From Bacteriovoracia bacterium (GTDB lineage: Bacteria > Bdellovibrionota > UBA1018 > CAIPTA01), in the NCBI GenBank assembly GCA_050246755.1, contig JBFWVL010000003.1, positions 64,001 through 128,000 on the forward strand: a DNA stretch of 64,000 nucleotides, in the 5' to 3' direction. This document shows, in pieces, positions 37,943-48,565 of the stretch. A program made the position numbers and the translations under genes. Position 1 is the first letter of the stretch. Each line of letters begins with the position of its first letter. A model generated the notes under the pieces. That model saw nothing but the letters and a program-made list of their open reading frames with translations, was not told the origin of the DNA and searched no databases.

Positions 37943-39262
37943 ATGAATCAAGAAATATTCGCGTCACGACGGAAAGAATTTTTAAAACGCCTCGGAACTG
38001 CCTCGGCCATTCTATTCGCGGCCCCGCATGCCAAGCGCAACGACGACGTTCACTACGAGTACCGTACTAGCTCTTACTTCTATTACCTCACGGGCTTTCG
38101 CGAGCAGGAAGCCGCCGCGATTTTCGCGCCTGGAACGGATAAGCCTTACCAGCTCTTCGTGATGCCCAAAAATCCCGAGATGGAAATGTGGGAAGGCAAG
38201 CGCGTGGGAGTGGACGGCGCGAAAAGTGAGTTCCAGGCCGACGCTAGCTACCCGATCGAAGATCTCGAGAAAATTTTTCGCGAAACGCTGAAAAAAACCG
38301 ACGCTCTCTACCACGCCCTCGGAAACTTTCCCGAGCAGGACGATTTCGTGTTCCGCGTGCTCAAAGATCACCACCCTAATCCGCGCCGCGGAGAGAAGAA
38401 TTTCTCCAAGCTGGTGAAGGTGCAAGACATCCTGAACCCCATGCGCAAAGTGAAAGACGCGGCCGAGATCGAGCTCCTGCGCAAGAACGGCCGTAATACC
38501 GCGCTCGCCCACAAGCGCGCGATGGAGTTCACTAAGCCCGGCCAGTATGAATACCAAGTGGAAGCCGAAATCGAATTCTGGTTCCGCTATGGCGGCGCCG
38601 AAGATTTGGCCTACGCTTCGATCGTGGCCGGCGGAAACAACGCCACCGTGCTTCACTATAAAACCAATCGCGACCAGCTCCGCGACGGAGACTTGATCCT
38701 CATCGACGCCGCCGGAGAAATGGGTAATTACGCGAGCGATATTACCCGCACTTATCCCGTGAACGGAAAATTTTCCAAGGCCCAGCGCGAGATCTACGAG
38801 ATCGTGCTGAAATCCCAGAAGGAAGCGATCGCGGCCACCAAACCCGGCGTGCGTTTTCTCGATGTGCATAAGCGCGCCGCCGAAGTGCTCGTAGACGGAT
38901 TGCTCGGCTTAGGCCTGCTCAAGGGCAACCGCGAAGAAATCCTCAGCGATCGCAAAAACTATATCAATTTCTATCCCCACAATACGAGTCACTGGCTCGG
39001 GATGGACGTGCATGATTGCGGAGAATATTATGCGGCCGACGGCTCCTCTATTCCTCTCGAAGCGGGGAACGTGCTTACCATCGAGCCCGGAATTTATATC
39101 GGGGAAGATCGCACCGACGTTCCGGCGGAGTACCGCGGGATCGGGATCCGCATCGAGGACGATATCCTCGTAACGGCCAACGGCTGCGAGAATCTCACGA
39201 AAGACGCGCCTAAAGAGATCGATGAGATCGAGGCCATTGTGGGCACGGCGAAGGCTCGCTAG
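37943..39262 (+). CDS. pepP: Xaa-Pro aminopeptidase
   Basis: FYYLTGF, LHY, LIDA, YASDITRTYP, HWLGMDVHD, TIEPGIY, GIRIEDD. Confidence 0.95.
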   Translation: MNQEIFASRRKEFLKRLGTASAILFAAPHAKRNDDVHYEYRTSSYFYYLTGFREQEAAAIFAPGTDKPYQLFVMPKNPEMEMWEGKRVGVDGAKSEFQADASYPIEDLEKIFRETLKKTDALYHALGNFPEQDDFVFRVLKDHHPNPRRGEKNFSKLVKVQDILNPMRKVKDAAEIELLRKNGRNTALAHKRAMEFTKPGQYEYQVEAEIEFWFRYGGAEDLAYASIVAGGNNATVLHYKTNRDQLRDGDLILIDAAGEMGNYASDITRTYPVNGKFSKAQREIYEIVLKSQKEAIAATKPGVRFLDVHKRAAEVLVDGLLGLGLLKGNREEILSDRKNYINFYPHNTSHWLGMDVHDCGEYYAADGSSIPLEAGNVLTIEPGIYIGEDRTDVPAEYRGIGIRIEDDILVTANGCENLTKDAPKEIDEIEAIVGTAKAR

Positions 39263-39278
39263 AAAAGTCCGCGGCGTA

Positions 39279-39653
39279 TTAGTCGCGTAACCAATTCCAA
39301 ATTTTACGGATGCGCGACTGCGCCCCGTGCGAGGCGCAGTTCCTATAGGGGCAGGGATCCGGCCCGGGAAAATCCCGGCACATCTTAGGGCGCTCTAAAT
39401 AAATTTGGCAGTTTCCATCCGTTCCCAAATTCTTACATGTGAATAATTCCTGCCCGCGGAATACGCCGAGTGGAATCAGCATGGGGGCAATAATTTTCAC
39501 GTCGGGGATGGAACTAGTTTCGCCCGCGAGCGCGCGCTCGTATTCGGCCTTCACCACCGCGTGAGGGTATTCCAACGAAAAGCCTCGGCAGCAGTGTCCT
39601 GTGCAACGAGGGCGGGGATCGGCGGAGCCGTCGGCGGGATCGTAGATGGCCAC
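39279..39653 (-). CDS. YkgJ-family cysteine-cluster protein
   Basis: CTGHCC...C...CQIYLERPKMCRDFP. Confidence 0.82.
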   Translation of the reverse strand: MAIYDPADGSADPRPRCTGHCCRGFSLEYPHAVVKAEYERALAGETSSIPDVKIIAPMLIPLGVFRGQELFTCKNLGTDGNCQIYLERPKMCRDFPGPDPCPYRNCASHGAQSRIRKIWNWLRD

Positions 39654-39676
39654 TAGCGTTTCTTTCTGACCAAAGG

Positions 39677-41281
39677 TCAGCGCTTCTGCTTCGCGCTCCA
39701 GGCCAGGTAGTCTTCGTAGTTGCCGCTGAAATCCACGAGCTCTCCATTGGGGAAGATCTCGATGATCCGGTTGGCGATCGTGGATACGAATTGCCGGTCG
39801 TGGGAAACGAAGAAGGTGGTGCCGTTGAACTGCTGCAGCGATTCGTTGAGGGCCTGGATGCTCTCCAGGTCCAAGTGGGAGGTAGGTTCGTCGAGCAGAA
39901 CCACGTTGGGTTCTTCCAGCATCATATTCGAAAGCGTCAGGCGCACGCCTTCGCCCCCGGAGAGCACTTCGGTTTTTTTATCGCCGTCTTCACCGGAGAA
40001 AAGCATGCGGCCGAGCACGCCGCGGATCGAACCCATGTCCATCTGGGGATGTTTATCGTGGAGCCACTGAAATAAGGTAAGGCCCTTGCCCAGGGTGGCT
40101 TTGGTATCTTGGGGACAGTACGCCCGGATGGTGGTTACGCCCCAATGCACTTCGCCGGTGAGAGGCTTAAGCTCGCCGGAAAGGATGCGCATGAAGGTGG
40201 TTTTTCCCACGCCGGAGGGACCGATGATGGCGATTTTTTCGCCGGCCGAGAAAAAGAGATTCATCTTTTTCAGCACCATCGTTTTGCCACCGTCGTAGGA
40301 GGCGGTTACGTCCTCGAGGCGAACCACGTCTTTCCCGAGGTCGCGCTTGCCCTTCCAGTAGATACGGGGAAAAACGCGTGAGCTCGGGCGGATGCTTTCC
40401 ATCTCCATATTATCGAGCTGCTTTTGGCGCGAAGTGGCCTGGCGGGCTTTCGATTTATTGGCGCCGAAGCGCGCAATGAAGGATTTGAGCTCGGCGGCTT
40501 TTTTCTCTTTCTTGGCTTGGTCGGTAAGCTTCTGGTCTTTCGCAATCGAAGAGGCCGATTGATAGTAATCGTAGTCGCCCGAATAGACGCGCATCTCGGA
40601 ATAGTCGATATCGGCGATATGGGTGCATACGGCGTTGAGGAAGTGGCGGTCGTGGGAAACGATGAGGATCGTGCCGTCGTACTCGTTCAAATATTCTTCT
40701 AGCCAGGAGATGGTCTTGATGTCGAGGTTGTTGGTTGGTTCGTCCAACAACATTACTTCGGGCTTCTGGAAAAGAATCTGCGCGAGGAGAACCCGGAATT
40801 TATATTGGGTGGGAATCTCTTTCATCAAATCGTTGTGGTACTGCGCGGGAATCCCGAGGCCCACGAGAAATTCGGAGGCTTTCGATTCGGCGGAGTAGCC
40901 GTCGATTTCCATGAACTCGCCTTCGAGCTCGCCGAGGCGGTTTGCTTCTTCATCGGTTAGATCGCCCTTGGCGTAGAGGTCTTCGCGTTCTTTCATCACC
41001 TTCCAAAGCTTGGCGTCGCCCTGGTAAACGGAATTCAAAACGGTTTCGTTGTCGAAGCGGTGGTGATCCTGGCGGAGCCAGCCGAGGCGGGCTTTAGGAT
41101 CAAGGAAGATGGTGCCTTTGTCGGCGCTTTGTTCTTTGGAAATGATCTTGAGGAAAGTGGATTTTCCCGTTCCGTTCGCGCCGATGATGCCGTAGCGGCA
41201 GCCGGGGGTAAACACAACGGATACGTTCTCGAATAGTTTTTTGGTCCCGAAGGACAAGGCGATGTCTTTAACTGAAAGCAT
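39677..41281 (-). CDS. ABC-F family ATPase (YbiT-like)
   Basis: Two NBDs (GANGTGKST, LLDEPTNNLD; GPSGVGKTT, LSGGE, LDEPTSHLD), no TM segments. Confidence 0.94.
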   Translation of the reverse strand: MLSVKDIALSFGTKKLFENVSVVFTPGCRYGIIGANGTGKSTFLKIISKEQSADKGTIFLDPKARLGWLRQDHHRFDNETVLNSVYQGDAKLWKVMKEREDLYAKGDLTDEEANRLGELEGEFMEIDGYSAESKASEFLVGLGIPAQYHNDLMKEIPTQYKFRVLLAQILFQKPEVMLLDEPTNNLDIKTISWLEEYLNEYDGTILIVSHDRHFLNAVCTHIADIDYSEMRVYSGDYDYYQSASSIAKDQKLTDQAKKEKKAAELKSFIARFGANKSKARQATSRQKQLDNMEMESIRPSSRVFPRIYWKGKRDLGKDVVRLEDVTASYDGGKTMVLKKMNLFFSAGEKIAIIGPSGVGKTTFMRILSGELKPLTGEVHWGVTTIRAYCPQDTKATLGKGLTLFQWLHDKHPQMDMGSIRGVLGRMLFSGEDGDKKTEVLSGGEGVRLTLSNMMLEEPNVVLLDEPTSHLDLESIQALNESLQQFNGTTFFVSHDRQFVSTIANRIIEIFPNGELVDFSGNYEDYLAWSAKQKR

Positions 41282-41438
41282 GCGGTGGGTTATAGCAAAA
41301 GAGGGCTGAAATTCCTAGGGAATGTGGAGAAGGGGCTGCCAATGCCTAGGGGCCAAGTCCGCCGTGGAGAGGCGGCGCGTCACTGGCGAAACATCCTTGG
41401 GGAACTGGGGCCTTTTCGTAGGATACTGAAGGTCGGTT

Positions 41439-42800
41439 ATGCTCTTTAACTCCTTCTCCTTCCTCTTCTTGTTCCTGCCCCTCGCGCTCGCGATTGCCAG
41501 CCGGCTGAGGGGGCAGTGGCTCCTAGCCTTTGTCGCCGGGGCCAGTTTTCTCTTCTACGCGTGGGCAGGGGAGCCTTGGTTCCTTGTTCCCATGCTGTTC
41601 ACGATCCTCCTGGATTTCATTCTGGCGCGTTTCCTGGGCGCCACGAGCGATCCCAGAAAAAGAATGGCTCTGCTTCTGGTTTCGCTTTTCTTCAACCTCG
41701 GCTTTCTGGTTTTCTTCAAGTACGCCGGGTTGATCGGCCAACATACCGGAATACTAGCGTCGCTGGTCGCGCTCGGTTTGCCCGCCGGAATTTCCTTTTA
41801 TACCTTCCAGTCCGTTTCCTACATGGTGGATGTCTATCGAAAAGAAAAAGAGCCCGAGAAAAATATCCTGAAATACGCCGGCTTCATTTCCTTCTTCCCC
41901 CACTTAGTGGCTGGCCCCTTAACCAGGCACTCCCAGCTCATCCCCCAGCTTTCCCGCGTTTCCGCCGAAGGAATACGGCCCCACTGGCGCGGGGGCATCG
42001 CGCTCTTCGTGATCGGCCTCGCGAAAAAAGTAATTATTGCCGATCGCATCGACGATAGCGTGGGCCCGCTCCTTTCTTTCGGAGGCCAGCTCGATTTCTT
42101 TTCGGCGTGGCTGGCGCTGTTCGGGTTCACGCTGCAGATCTATTTTGATTTTTCCGGTTATTCCGACATGGCCATCGGCCTCGGACGGCTTTTCGGCATT
42201 GAGCTCCCGCAAAATTTTAATAGCCCTTACCAGGCTACGAGCCCGAGGGATTTCTGGGCTCGCTGGCATATCACGCTCTCTCAGTTTTTCCGCGACTACC
42301 TTTATATTCCCCTGGGCGGAAGCCGGCACGGAAACCTGCGTACCGCGCTGAACTTACTGCTCACGATGTTCCTGGCAGGGCTCTGGCATGGGGCGACCTG
42401 GCTATTCGGGCTCTGGGGTATTTATCACGCTTTTTGGCTGATCCTGCACCATCAAGGCGAAGGCGCGTGGAACCGAATGCCGAGTGCTCTGCAAAAGATC
42501 ATAACCCTTTTGATCGTGATGTGCGGCTGGGTGATTTTTTCTTCCGGATCGCTGCGCCAGTGCGCGGGGTGGATGTCTGCCCTCCTAGGGGGCCGGGGGC
42601 TGGGAGACCTCTCGGCGGTGGATCCCTTGCTGCTGCCTTTGCTATTTACCGCTGGTGTAATCGCGTTATTTCTACCGAATGCGAGTCGGCGCAATTTTAA
42701 TGAGATGAGAGCCGGGCTCCAGCTTCAGTTGGCGGGCGCCTTCGTGGTGGCGGTTTTAATGATTCATTTTTCAAGTAAATTTATTTATTTTAAATTCTGA
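41439..42800 (+). CDS. MBOAT O-acyltransferase (AlgI/DltB-like)
   Basis: LPAGISFYTFQ, FFPHLVAGP, YFDFSGYSDMAIG, FWARWHITLS, GLWHGA. Confidence 0.95.
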   Translation: MLFNSFSFLFLFLPLALAIASRLRGQWLLAFVAGASFLFYAWAGEPWFLVPMLFTILLDFILARFLGATSDPRKRMALLLVSLFFNLGFLVFFKYAGLIGQHTGILASLVALGLPAGISFYTFQSVSYMVDVYRKEKEPEKNILKYAGFISFFPHLVAGPLTRHSQLIPQLSRVSAEGIRPHWRGGIALFVIGLAKKVIIADRIDDSVGPLLSFGGQLDFFSAWLALFGFTLQIYFDFSGYSDMAIGLGRLFGIELPQNFNSPYQATSPRDFWARWHITLSQFFRDYLYIPLGGSRHGNLRTALNLLLTMFLAGLWHGATWLFGLWGIYHAFWLILHHQGEGAWNRMPSALQKIITLLIVMCGWVIFSSGSLRQCAGWMSALLGGRGLGDLSAVDPLLLPLLFTAGVIALFLPNASRRNFNEMRAGLQLQLAGAFVVAVLMIHFSSKFIYFKF

Positions 42801-42801
42801 T

Positions 42802-43881
42802 ATGAGAATATTTTGGATCAGTTCAATTTTCATGCTGGCCGCGGTGGCGGCCCTGAATTATTCCGTGGACGTGGCGGGGGAGTGGCACGCTAGCGCGCGC
42901 GGAATTCCTCTGCCCCCAACAGGGCAAACAACCCCCGTACCGGAAAATTTCAACGAGCGCATGCTCCGGGCCGAGATGGTGAAGGCCGCCGGGCAGGTCG
43001 ATATCGTGGTGCTCGGCAGCTCACGGGCTTACGGATTTTCTTCCGCTCATTTCGATCCCGCGTTGCGCATGCTGAATCTGAGCATGTCTCGCTCCGTTTT
43101 CCGGGATTTTTTCGGGCTCTGGCGAACGCTCGTGGATTCGAGAAAGAAGCCTTCCACCCTGATCTTGCTCGTGGATCCCTGGATGTTCAATGCGCCGGGA
43201 AACGCCGAGAATTTTCGCTGGAAGGAATTTGCGTTGCGGGTGGCGCAGTTCGAAGCGGACTATTTCCAGGCTGGATCGATGCCCCCTTGGCTTCCCTCTA
43301 GCACTTTTCTCCAGCGTTTACGCTGGAAGGCCGATTCCTGGGCCGGACTGCTAAATTGGGAGCTTTTCCTCCAGAGCGGGAAAGCCGTCTGGAATAAGGA
43401 CTCGAGCGGAGACGCTTCTCCTTCCCAGCGCCGCCTACGTGCGGATGGATCTTATAGCTTGCCCCCACCTGCGGTTTTTGACTTTGCGGTGGAAAGGAAG
43501 CGCATCGATAACGATCCCACGCTGATGAAGGTCTGGGAGCTTGATGAGGACTCTATTCACCAGCTGGCGGCGTTAGTAGAGACGGTCGAAAAATCCGGGG
43601 TGAAGCCCGTGGTGATCGTAGGGCCTTTTCATCCGAAGTTATACGGCGCGCTTAAGGAGAATTCCACGGGCGTGCTTTCGGGAACGGAAAAAGCTTTAAA
43701 CGGGCTCTCCGCGCTTTTGCCGAATTTCCAAGCTGTGTGTAACGGCCTCAATCCGGAAAAATCCGGCTGCGGAGACGAAGACTTTAGTGACTTGCTTCAC
43801 TTCAGCCCGGAATGCGTTACGAGGCTGCTGCGCTTTTGCGGGGTTACTATCGAAGGCCTGAATGGAATATTGCGGCGTTAA
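42802..43881 (+). CDS. SGNH/DltD-like exported partner of the MBOAT protein
   Basis: N-terminal anchor, VLGSSR, NLS, FSDLLHF (DxxH). Confidence 0.72.
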   Translation: MRIFWISSIFMLAAVAALNYSVDVAGEWHASARGIPLPPTGQTTPVPENFNERMLRAEMVKAAGQVDIVVLGSSRAYGFSSAHFDPALRMLNLSMSRSVFRDFFGLWRTLVDSRKKPSTLILLVDPWMFNAPGNAENFRWKEFALRVAQFEADYFQAGSMPPWLPSSTFLQRLRWKADSWAGLLNWELFLQSGKAVWNKDSSGDASPSQRRLRADGSYSLPPPAVFDFAVERKRIDNDPTLMKVWELDEDSIHQLAALVETVEKSGVKPVVIVGPFHPKLYGALKENSTGVLSGTEKALNGLSALLPNFQAVCNGLNPEKSGCGDEDFSDLLHFSPECVTRLLRFCGVTIEGLNGILRR

Positions 43882-44336
43882 GGCTTCTTCATCCCTAGAA
43901 TAATTCTCCACTCCGCCTCGCTCACCGGCTGCACCGAGAGCCGCGAGCCTTTCTGCAGGAGAAGCATCTTCGCCAAGGCCTTCTCTGCCCGGAGTTGCGC
44001 CAGCGTGATCACTTCGGAAAAAGCTTCCACGAATTCCACTTCCACTAAAAACCAGATTGGCTTCTCCTTGGTGGCCTTGGGGTCGTAGTAGTCCGATTTT
44101 TTATCGAACTGGGTTGGGTCGGGGTGAGATTCCTGGGAAATTTTCGCAATGCCCGCGATGCCGGTGGGTTCCGCGTTGGAGTGGTAGAAAAATACCAGGT
44201 CGCCCTTTTTCATGTCGTCGCGCATGTAGTTGCGGGCCTGGTAGTTGCGTACTCCGTCCCAGGCGGTTTTTTTCTTTTTCCGAAGATCCTCGATGCTGAA
44301 AAGATCGGGTTCGCATTTCATCAGCCAATATTTCAT
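43878..44336 (-). CDS. EVE domain protein
   Basis: YWLMKCEP, WDGVRNYQARN, FFYHS, SRLSVQPV. Confidence 0.95.
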   Translation of the reverse strand: MKYWLMKCEPDLFSIEDLRKKKKTAWDGVRNYQARNYMRDDMKKGDLVFFYHSNAEPTGIAGIAKISQESHPDPTQFDKKSDYYDPKATKEKPIWFLVEVEFVEAFSEVITLAQLRAEKALAKMLLLQKGSRLSVQPVSEAEWRIILGMKKP

Positions 44337-45040
44337 ACGAGCTCCAGTTGGGCGATCGGGCCGTCCCCTTCGAAAGAAAGGGCCAGTACTTCGGAGTAAC
44401 GGTCCACTTCGAGGGCGAGGCGCACGTCATCTACGCCGGTATTCACCAATTTTTTGGCGAGCACTTCGGGCCGCGGGCTCGCGAGAATTTTTTCTTTGGC
44501 CTGGGCCGCGCATTGGCGCACGAAATCGGGGATATTCGAAAAGCCCTCGATGGCGGTGGCCACGGCCTGGGCGGCGATTTCGTCTTCGATCTGGGTGGAG
44601 CCGGGCAAGGCGGCGGGAATCAGGGTGATAGGGGCGTCCACGGCGGTCAGCGTGCGGATCAGCGCCGAAAAATTCACGAAGGAGCCCACGAAAACTTTTT
44701 TGAAACCGCGGGCGGCGAACATAGCCGGCGTGCCGGTGGTAGTGGCCACGAGCGAAGTGGAAGGCCCCGAAGTGGGATGAAGTAGGGCCTGGTGCGGGGA
44801 ATTGTCGAAGCGCTCCAGGCAGACCGAGGGCTGGGAGAGCTCGGAGAAAACACGCCAGTTGGGCAAGCGAGGATCTCCCTGTACGGACTGGATCGAGGGT
44901 GCCACGTAGACGGGGCCGAGTTTACGTCCGTTGAGGGTATAAATAGTGGAGGAGCAGCGGAAGATATCGAAAACTACCGCCACGCCTTCGGGGGAGGAGA
45001 AGCCTTCGGTCCAGGTGCGGATGCTGAGGGATCTGTTCAT
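44333..45040 (-). CDS. 2-phosphosulfolactate phosphatase (ComB)-like protein
   Basis: [32 protein letters not shown]. Confidence 0.78.
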   Translation of the reverse strand: MNRSLSIRTWTEGFSSPEGVAVVFDIFRCSSTIYTLNGRKLGPVYVAPSIQSVQGDPRLPNWRVFSELSQPSVCLERFDNSPHQALLHPTSGPSTSLVATTTGTPAMFAARGFKKVFVGSFVNFSALIRTLTAVDAPITLIPAALPGSTQIEDEIAAQAVATAIEGFSNIPDFVRQCAAQAKEKILASPRPEVLAKKLVNTGVDDVRLALEVDRYSEVLALSFEGDGPIAQLELV

Positions 45041-45123
45041 ATTTACTCAGATATTGCCATCGCTCCGGCGATGGGGCGATGCGGTATTTGCGTGTGGAGG
45101 GGAATCCGCTAGGATGGCAGGCC

Positions 45124-46386
45124 ATGGATCTTTTTTCGCCCCTAAAGAAAACCGAAAAAGCCGAGCTTCCCCTCGCGGAGCGGATGCGTCCGCGCACGCT
45201 GGCCGAGGTGGTGGGGCAAGTGCATTTGATCGGCGAAGGCAAGCCGCTCTCGAAATTCGCGGAGAATCCCCCGAGCCTGATTTTCTGGGGCCCTCCCGGG
45301 GTGGGGAAAACCACGCTCGCCAAGTTACTCACCGGCGACCGGCCCTTCTACCAAATATCCGCCGTGCTCGACGGGGTGGCGGAGCTGAGAAAAGTAATCG
45401 AGTCCCTGCGCCACGAAACCCGCCGGGCGGTGCTCTTCGTGGACGAGATCCACCGCTGGAATAAAGCGCAGCAGGATTCGCTTTTGCCTTACCTCGAGAA
45501 CGGGACCTTCACGCTGATCGGTGCCACCACGGAGAATCCTTCCTTCTCGCTGATCGCGCCCCTGCTTTCTCGCACCAAGGTGCTCACGCTGAAATCTCTG
45601 GGCAAGGAAGATATCAAGCTCGTGCTGCAAACGGCGCTGCAAGATAGAGAGCGCGGGCTGGCCGCGAAGTTCGTAACGGTAGACGAAGACGCCATGGACT
45701 TTCTCGCGGAAGACGCATCGGGAGACGCGCGCAAAGCGTTGCATACCCTCGAGATCGCGGCCGGGCTCAGTCATCGAATCACCCTCGAGCTCCTGAAGTC
45801 TGTTTTGCAAAAACGCACCCTTCGTTACGACAAAACCGGCGAGCAGCACTATGATATTATTTCGGCCTTCATTAAAAGCATGCGGGGCTCTGACGCCGAC
45901 GCGGCCATTTATTATCTGGCCCGGATGTACGAGAGCGGGGAAGACCCGCGCTTTCTCGCCCGCCGTATGGTGATCTTCGCCGCCGAAGACGTGGGCCTGG
46001 GCGATCCTCGGGCCCTGCAGGTGGCGGTGGCCGCGGCCGAAGCCTTCGATCGCGTTGGGCAAGCGGAAGGCTGGATCCCTCTTTCGGAAGCCGCCGTTTA
46101 TCTTGCGCTGGCGCCCAAAAGCAATGCTTCCTATATGGCCTATAAGCGCGCGAAAGAAGCGGTGGAAAAGTATGGAGACCTACCGGTGCCCCTCCACCTG
46201 CGCAATGCGCCCACCGCGCTGATGAAAGATCTCGGCTACGGCAAAGGCTACGAATACGCCCACGACAAAGAGGGCGGGCAGGTGGCGCACAAGCATTTGC
46301 CGGAAGAGATCGAGGACGAGAAATTTTACGTTCCCGGAACACGAGGGTTTGAAAAGCTTATTTTCGAGAAGAAGGACAAAGGATGA
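45124..46386 (+). CDS. rarA: Replication-associated recombination protein A
   Basis: [52 protein letters not shown]. Confidence 0.96.
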   Translation: MDLFSPLKKTEKAELPLAERMRPRTLAEVVGQVHLIGEGKPLSKFAENPPSLIFWGPPGVGKTTLAKLLTGDRPFYQISAVLDGVAELRKVIESLRHETRRAVLFVDEIHRWNKAQQDSLLPYLENGTFTLIGATTENPSFSLIAPLLSRTKVLTLKSLGKEDIKLVLQTALQDRERGLAAKFVTVDEDAMDFLAEDASGDARKALHTLEIAAGLSHRITLELLKSVLQKRTLRYDKTGEQHYDIISAFIKSMRGSDADAAIYYLARMYESGEDPRFLARRMVIFAAEDVGLGDPRALQVAVAAAEAFDRVGQAEGWIPLSEAAVYLALAPKSNASYMAYKRAKEAVEKYGDLPVPLHLRNAPTALMKDLGYGKGYEYAHDKEGGQVAHKHLPEEIEDEKFYVPGTRGFEKLIFEKKDKG

Positions 46387-47657
46387 TTCGTTATTGGCTG
46401 GCAGCTTTCCTATTTTTAGTTTCTTCCTGTTCCCGTGCACCGCTCGAGGATCCTAATAAATTATTTCGGCCCGCCGACGAAGTTCCTGCGCTGGCCGATA
46501 GCTTTCCCATTGAAACCTTACGCGACGCCCTGAAGCGCACGCTCGTGGCCTACGAGAGTTCTTCGATTATTCCCAGCGAATTTCGTTTCGCCGGCCGTAC
46601 GGTGAGCCGGGCCGACTACCGTCTCGCGTTACAGGCCCTGGCGCCGGAAATGGAGAATATCAATCGGTTCCAGGCGTTCGTGAGGGAAAATTTTGATTTT
46701 TACGAGGTATACGGGCGCGATAAATGGGGCGAGATTTTTTCCACCGGCTACTACGAAGTGAAAATGCACGGGAGCCGCAAAAAAACCAAGGCGTTCAGCC
46801 AACCCATCTACCGCACACCCGCCGATTTGGTCTCGATCGATCTCTCGGCCTATGCGCTCCGCTATCCCGATATGAAGGCCGCCCAGCTCGCGGTGCTGGA
46901 ACAGAAGTCGAAGACTCCGATCTGGCGCGGGCGCCTGATCGCGGAAAGCAAGAAGGTGGTTCCTTATTACGACCGCGCGGAGATCGAGCGCACCCAGGCT
47001 TTGGCCGGCAAGAAGAGCGAGATCGCCTGGGTGGATCCGATCGACGCCTTTTTTCTCGAAATCCAGGGTTCCGGCACCGTGCTGCTTCCCAACGGAAAAA
47101 GCATCCGCGTGGGCTACGCGGCCCAGAACGGCTGGCCCTACCAGGCCATCGGAAAATTCCTCTTCGATGTGATTCCTAAAGAACAAATGAGCATGCAGCG
47201 GATCCGGCAATTCCTCCAGGCGCTTCCCCGCGAAAAGCAGCAGGAAATTTTCGATAAAAATCCGAGTTACGTATTTTTTCAGGAATTGAAGTCGCTTTCG
47301 CTTACCTACTCGGGCGCCGAGGTTACTCCGGCGCGCACGATTGCCACCGACCAGGTTCTTTATCCCAAGGGGACCTTGGGTTTTTTGGATGTTGAGCTCC
47401 CCGTTTTTGCCGACGACACCGCGCTCGAGCCCGCGAGCTGGGAAGCCAAGCCGCGCTGGGTTTTTGACCAAGACACGGGCGGAGCGATCCGGGGCGGGGG
47501 CCGCGTGGATCTTTATATGGGCGACGACGAGCAGGCCGCGCGCCAGGCTGGCGTGATGAAGCGCACGGGAAAATTGTGGGTAGTGGCGCCCAAAGAAAGT
47601 TTTTTGGCGAAATTAAAATCTACCGCGCCGGCGATACCGGTGGTGCCGGGTCGCTAG
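46383..47657 (+). CDS. mltA: Membrane-bound lytic murein transglycosylase A
   Basis: Lipoprotein-like N-terminus, TGYY, FFLEIQGSG, NPSYVFF, QDTGGAIRG..RVDLY. Confidence 0.93.
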   Translation: MIRYWLAAFLFLVSSCSRAPLEDPNKLFRPADEVPALADSFPIETLRDALKRTLVAYESSSIIPSEFRFAGRTVSRADYRLALQALAPEMENINRFQAFVRENFDFYEVYGRDKWGEIFSTGYYEVKMHGSRKKTKAFSQPIYRTPADLVSIDLSAYALRYPDMKAAQLAVLEQKSKTPIWRGRLIAESKKVVPYYDRAEIERTQALAGKKSEIAWVDPIDAFFLEIQGSGTVLLPNGKSIRVGYAAQNGWPYQAIGKFLFDVIPKEQMSMQRIRQFLQALPREKQQEIFDKNPSYVFFQELKSLSLTYSGAEVTPARTIATDQVLYPKGTLGFLDVELPVFADDTALEPASWEAKPRWVFDQDTGGAIRGGGRVDLYMGDDEQAARQAGVMKRTGKLWVVAPKESFLAKLKSTAPAIPVVPGR

Positions 47658-48495
47658 CTTCGGGGTCTTCGTCGGGGCCGACTACGGGTTCCGAGGAGGG
47701 CGTTTTCGGTTTGGCGGTTTCGGGCTTTTTCTTTTCTATTTTCTTCTCCACGATAGCCGCGGAGGTTCCCACGTACATGAGGCTCCCGCCCTTAAGCCGG
47801 TCGATCGTGGCGCGCACGATAATCGGATCGAGCACGAAGCAGCCCCAGCTGCGGCCGGCGGCGCCCACGAGCTCGCTCACGTAGGTGGCGGAATGAATCA
47901 CCACGGCTCGTTCCTCGGCGCGGAAATTGGAATCCTCGAGACCGCGCAGACGCAGGGAATATCCATGTGAGCCCGTATAAGGGTTGAGCGTTAGGTAAGT
48001 GCCGAGTGAGCTCTGGAGAGACTCCTCTTCGTTGGAAAACTGATTGGCCACGCCGTCGTTCTGGGGATCGGAATTTTTTCCGTGGGTGGTCAGGAGCTCG
48101 TCCACGCGGCCCGCTTCCAGGTCGAATACGTAGAAGCGACGCTCGGTGGATTTTTTGCCGAGGTCCACTACCGTCATGAAGCGGTTCACCTCGGTATCGC
48201 GGGACCAGTAGTCGTAGGCGAGGGAGGCTTTTTCGTATACTTCGCGGGAAAGATTCCAGGCGGGATCAAATTCCGGCATCCGGTATTCTTTGCGTTTTGC
48301 GTAGTCTTTGCGGCGCGGAAGGCGGCGTGGGAGGGGCAGGGGAATCTGGCCGGGAGCCAAATTTCTAACCGAAGGCTCGGCTTCTTCGGTGGCGGTTTCT
48401 GCGGCGAAAACGGTGGTGGCCGTAAGAAAGACCGCGATCAGCAGCAAGCTGATCCATCGCCAGTATTTTTGTTTAGCGTGCTTAAGAATACGCAT
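47620..48495 (-). CDS. L,D-transpeptidase catalytic-domain protein (YkuD_2-like), copy 1
   Basis: THGKNS, SLQSSLG, GYSLRLRGLE, HSATYV, GRSWGC. Confidence 0.9.
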   Translation of the reverse strand: MRILKHAKQKYWRWISLLLIAVFLTATTVFAAETATEEAEPSVRNLAPGQIPLPLPRRLPRRKDYAKRKEYRMPEFDPAWNLSREVYEKASLAYDYWSRDTEVNRFMTVVDLGKKSTERRFYVFDLEAGRVDELLTTHGKNSDPQNDGVANQFSNEEESLQSSLGTYLTLNPYTGSHGYSLRLRGLEDSNFRAEERAVVIHSATYVSELVGAAGRSWGCFVLDPIIVRATIDRLKGGSLMYVGTSAAIVEKKIEKKKPETAKPKTPSSEPVVGPDEDPEASDPAPPVSPAR

Positions 48496-48527
48496 TATTT
48501 CCCCAGAAGCCCACGTTATGACGCGGC

Positions 48528-48560
48528 ATCCTAGATTTCTGGGGCTTATTAGTCAAGTAC
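48528..48560 (-). promoter_or_regulatory. sigma-70 promoter for LDT copy 1
   Basis: TTGACT-N17-TAGGAT. Confidence 0.6.
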
Positions 48561-48565
48561 GACTT

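Noticed and set aside
41331-41416. Extended imperfect hairpin between the ABC-F and MBOAT genes, possibly an ncRNA or attenuator
   Set aside because: No recognisable RNA family motif; ABC-F appears leaderless, so the hairpin is not in its leader; GC-rich pairing may be chance
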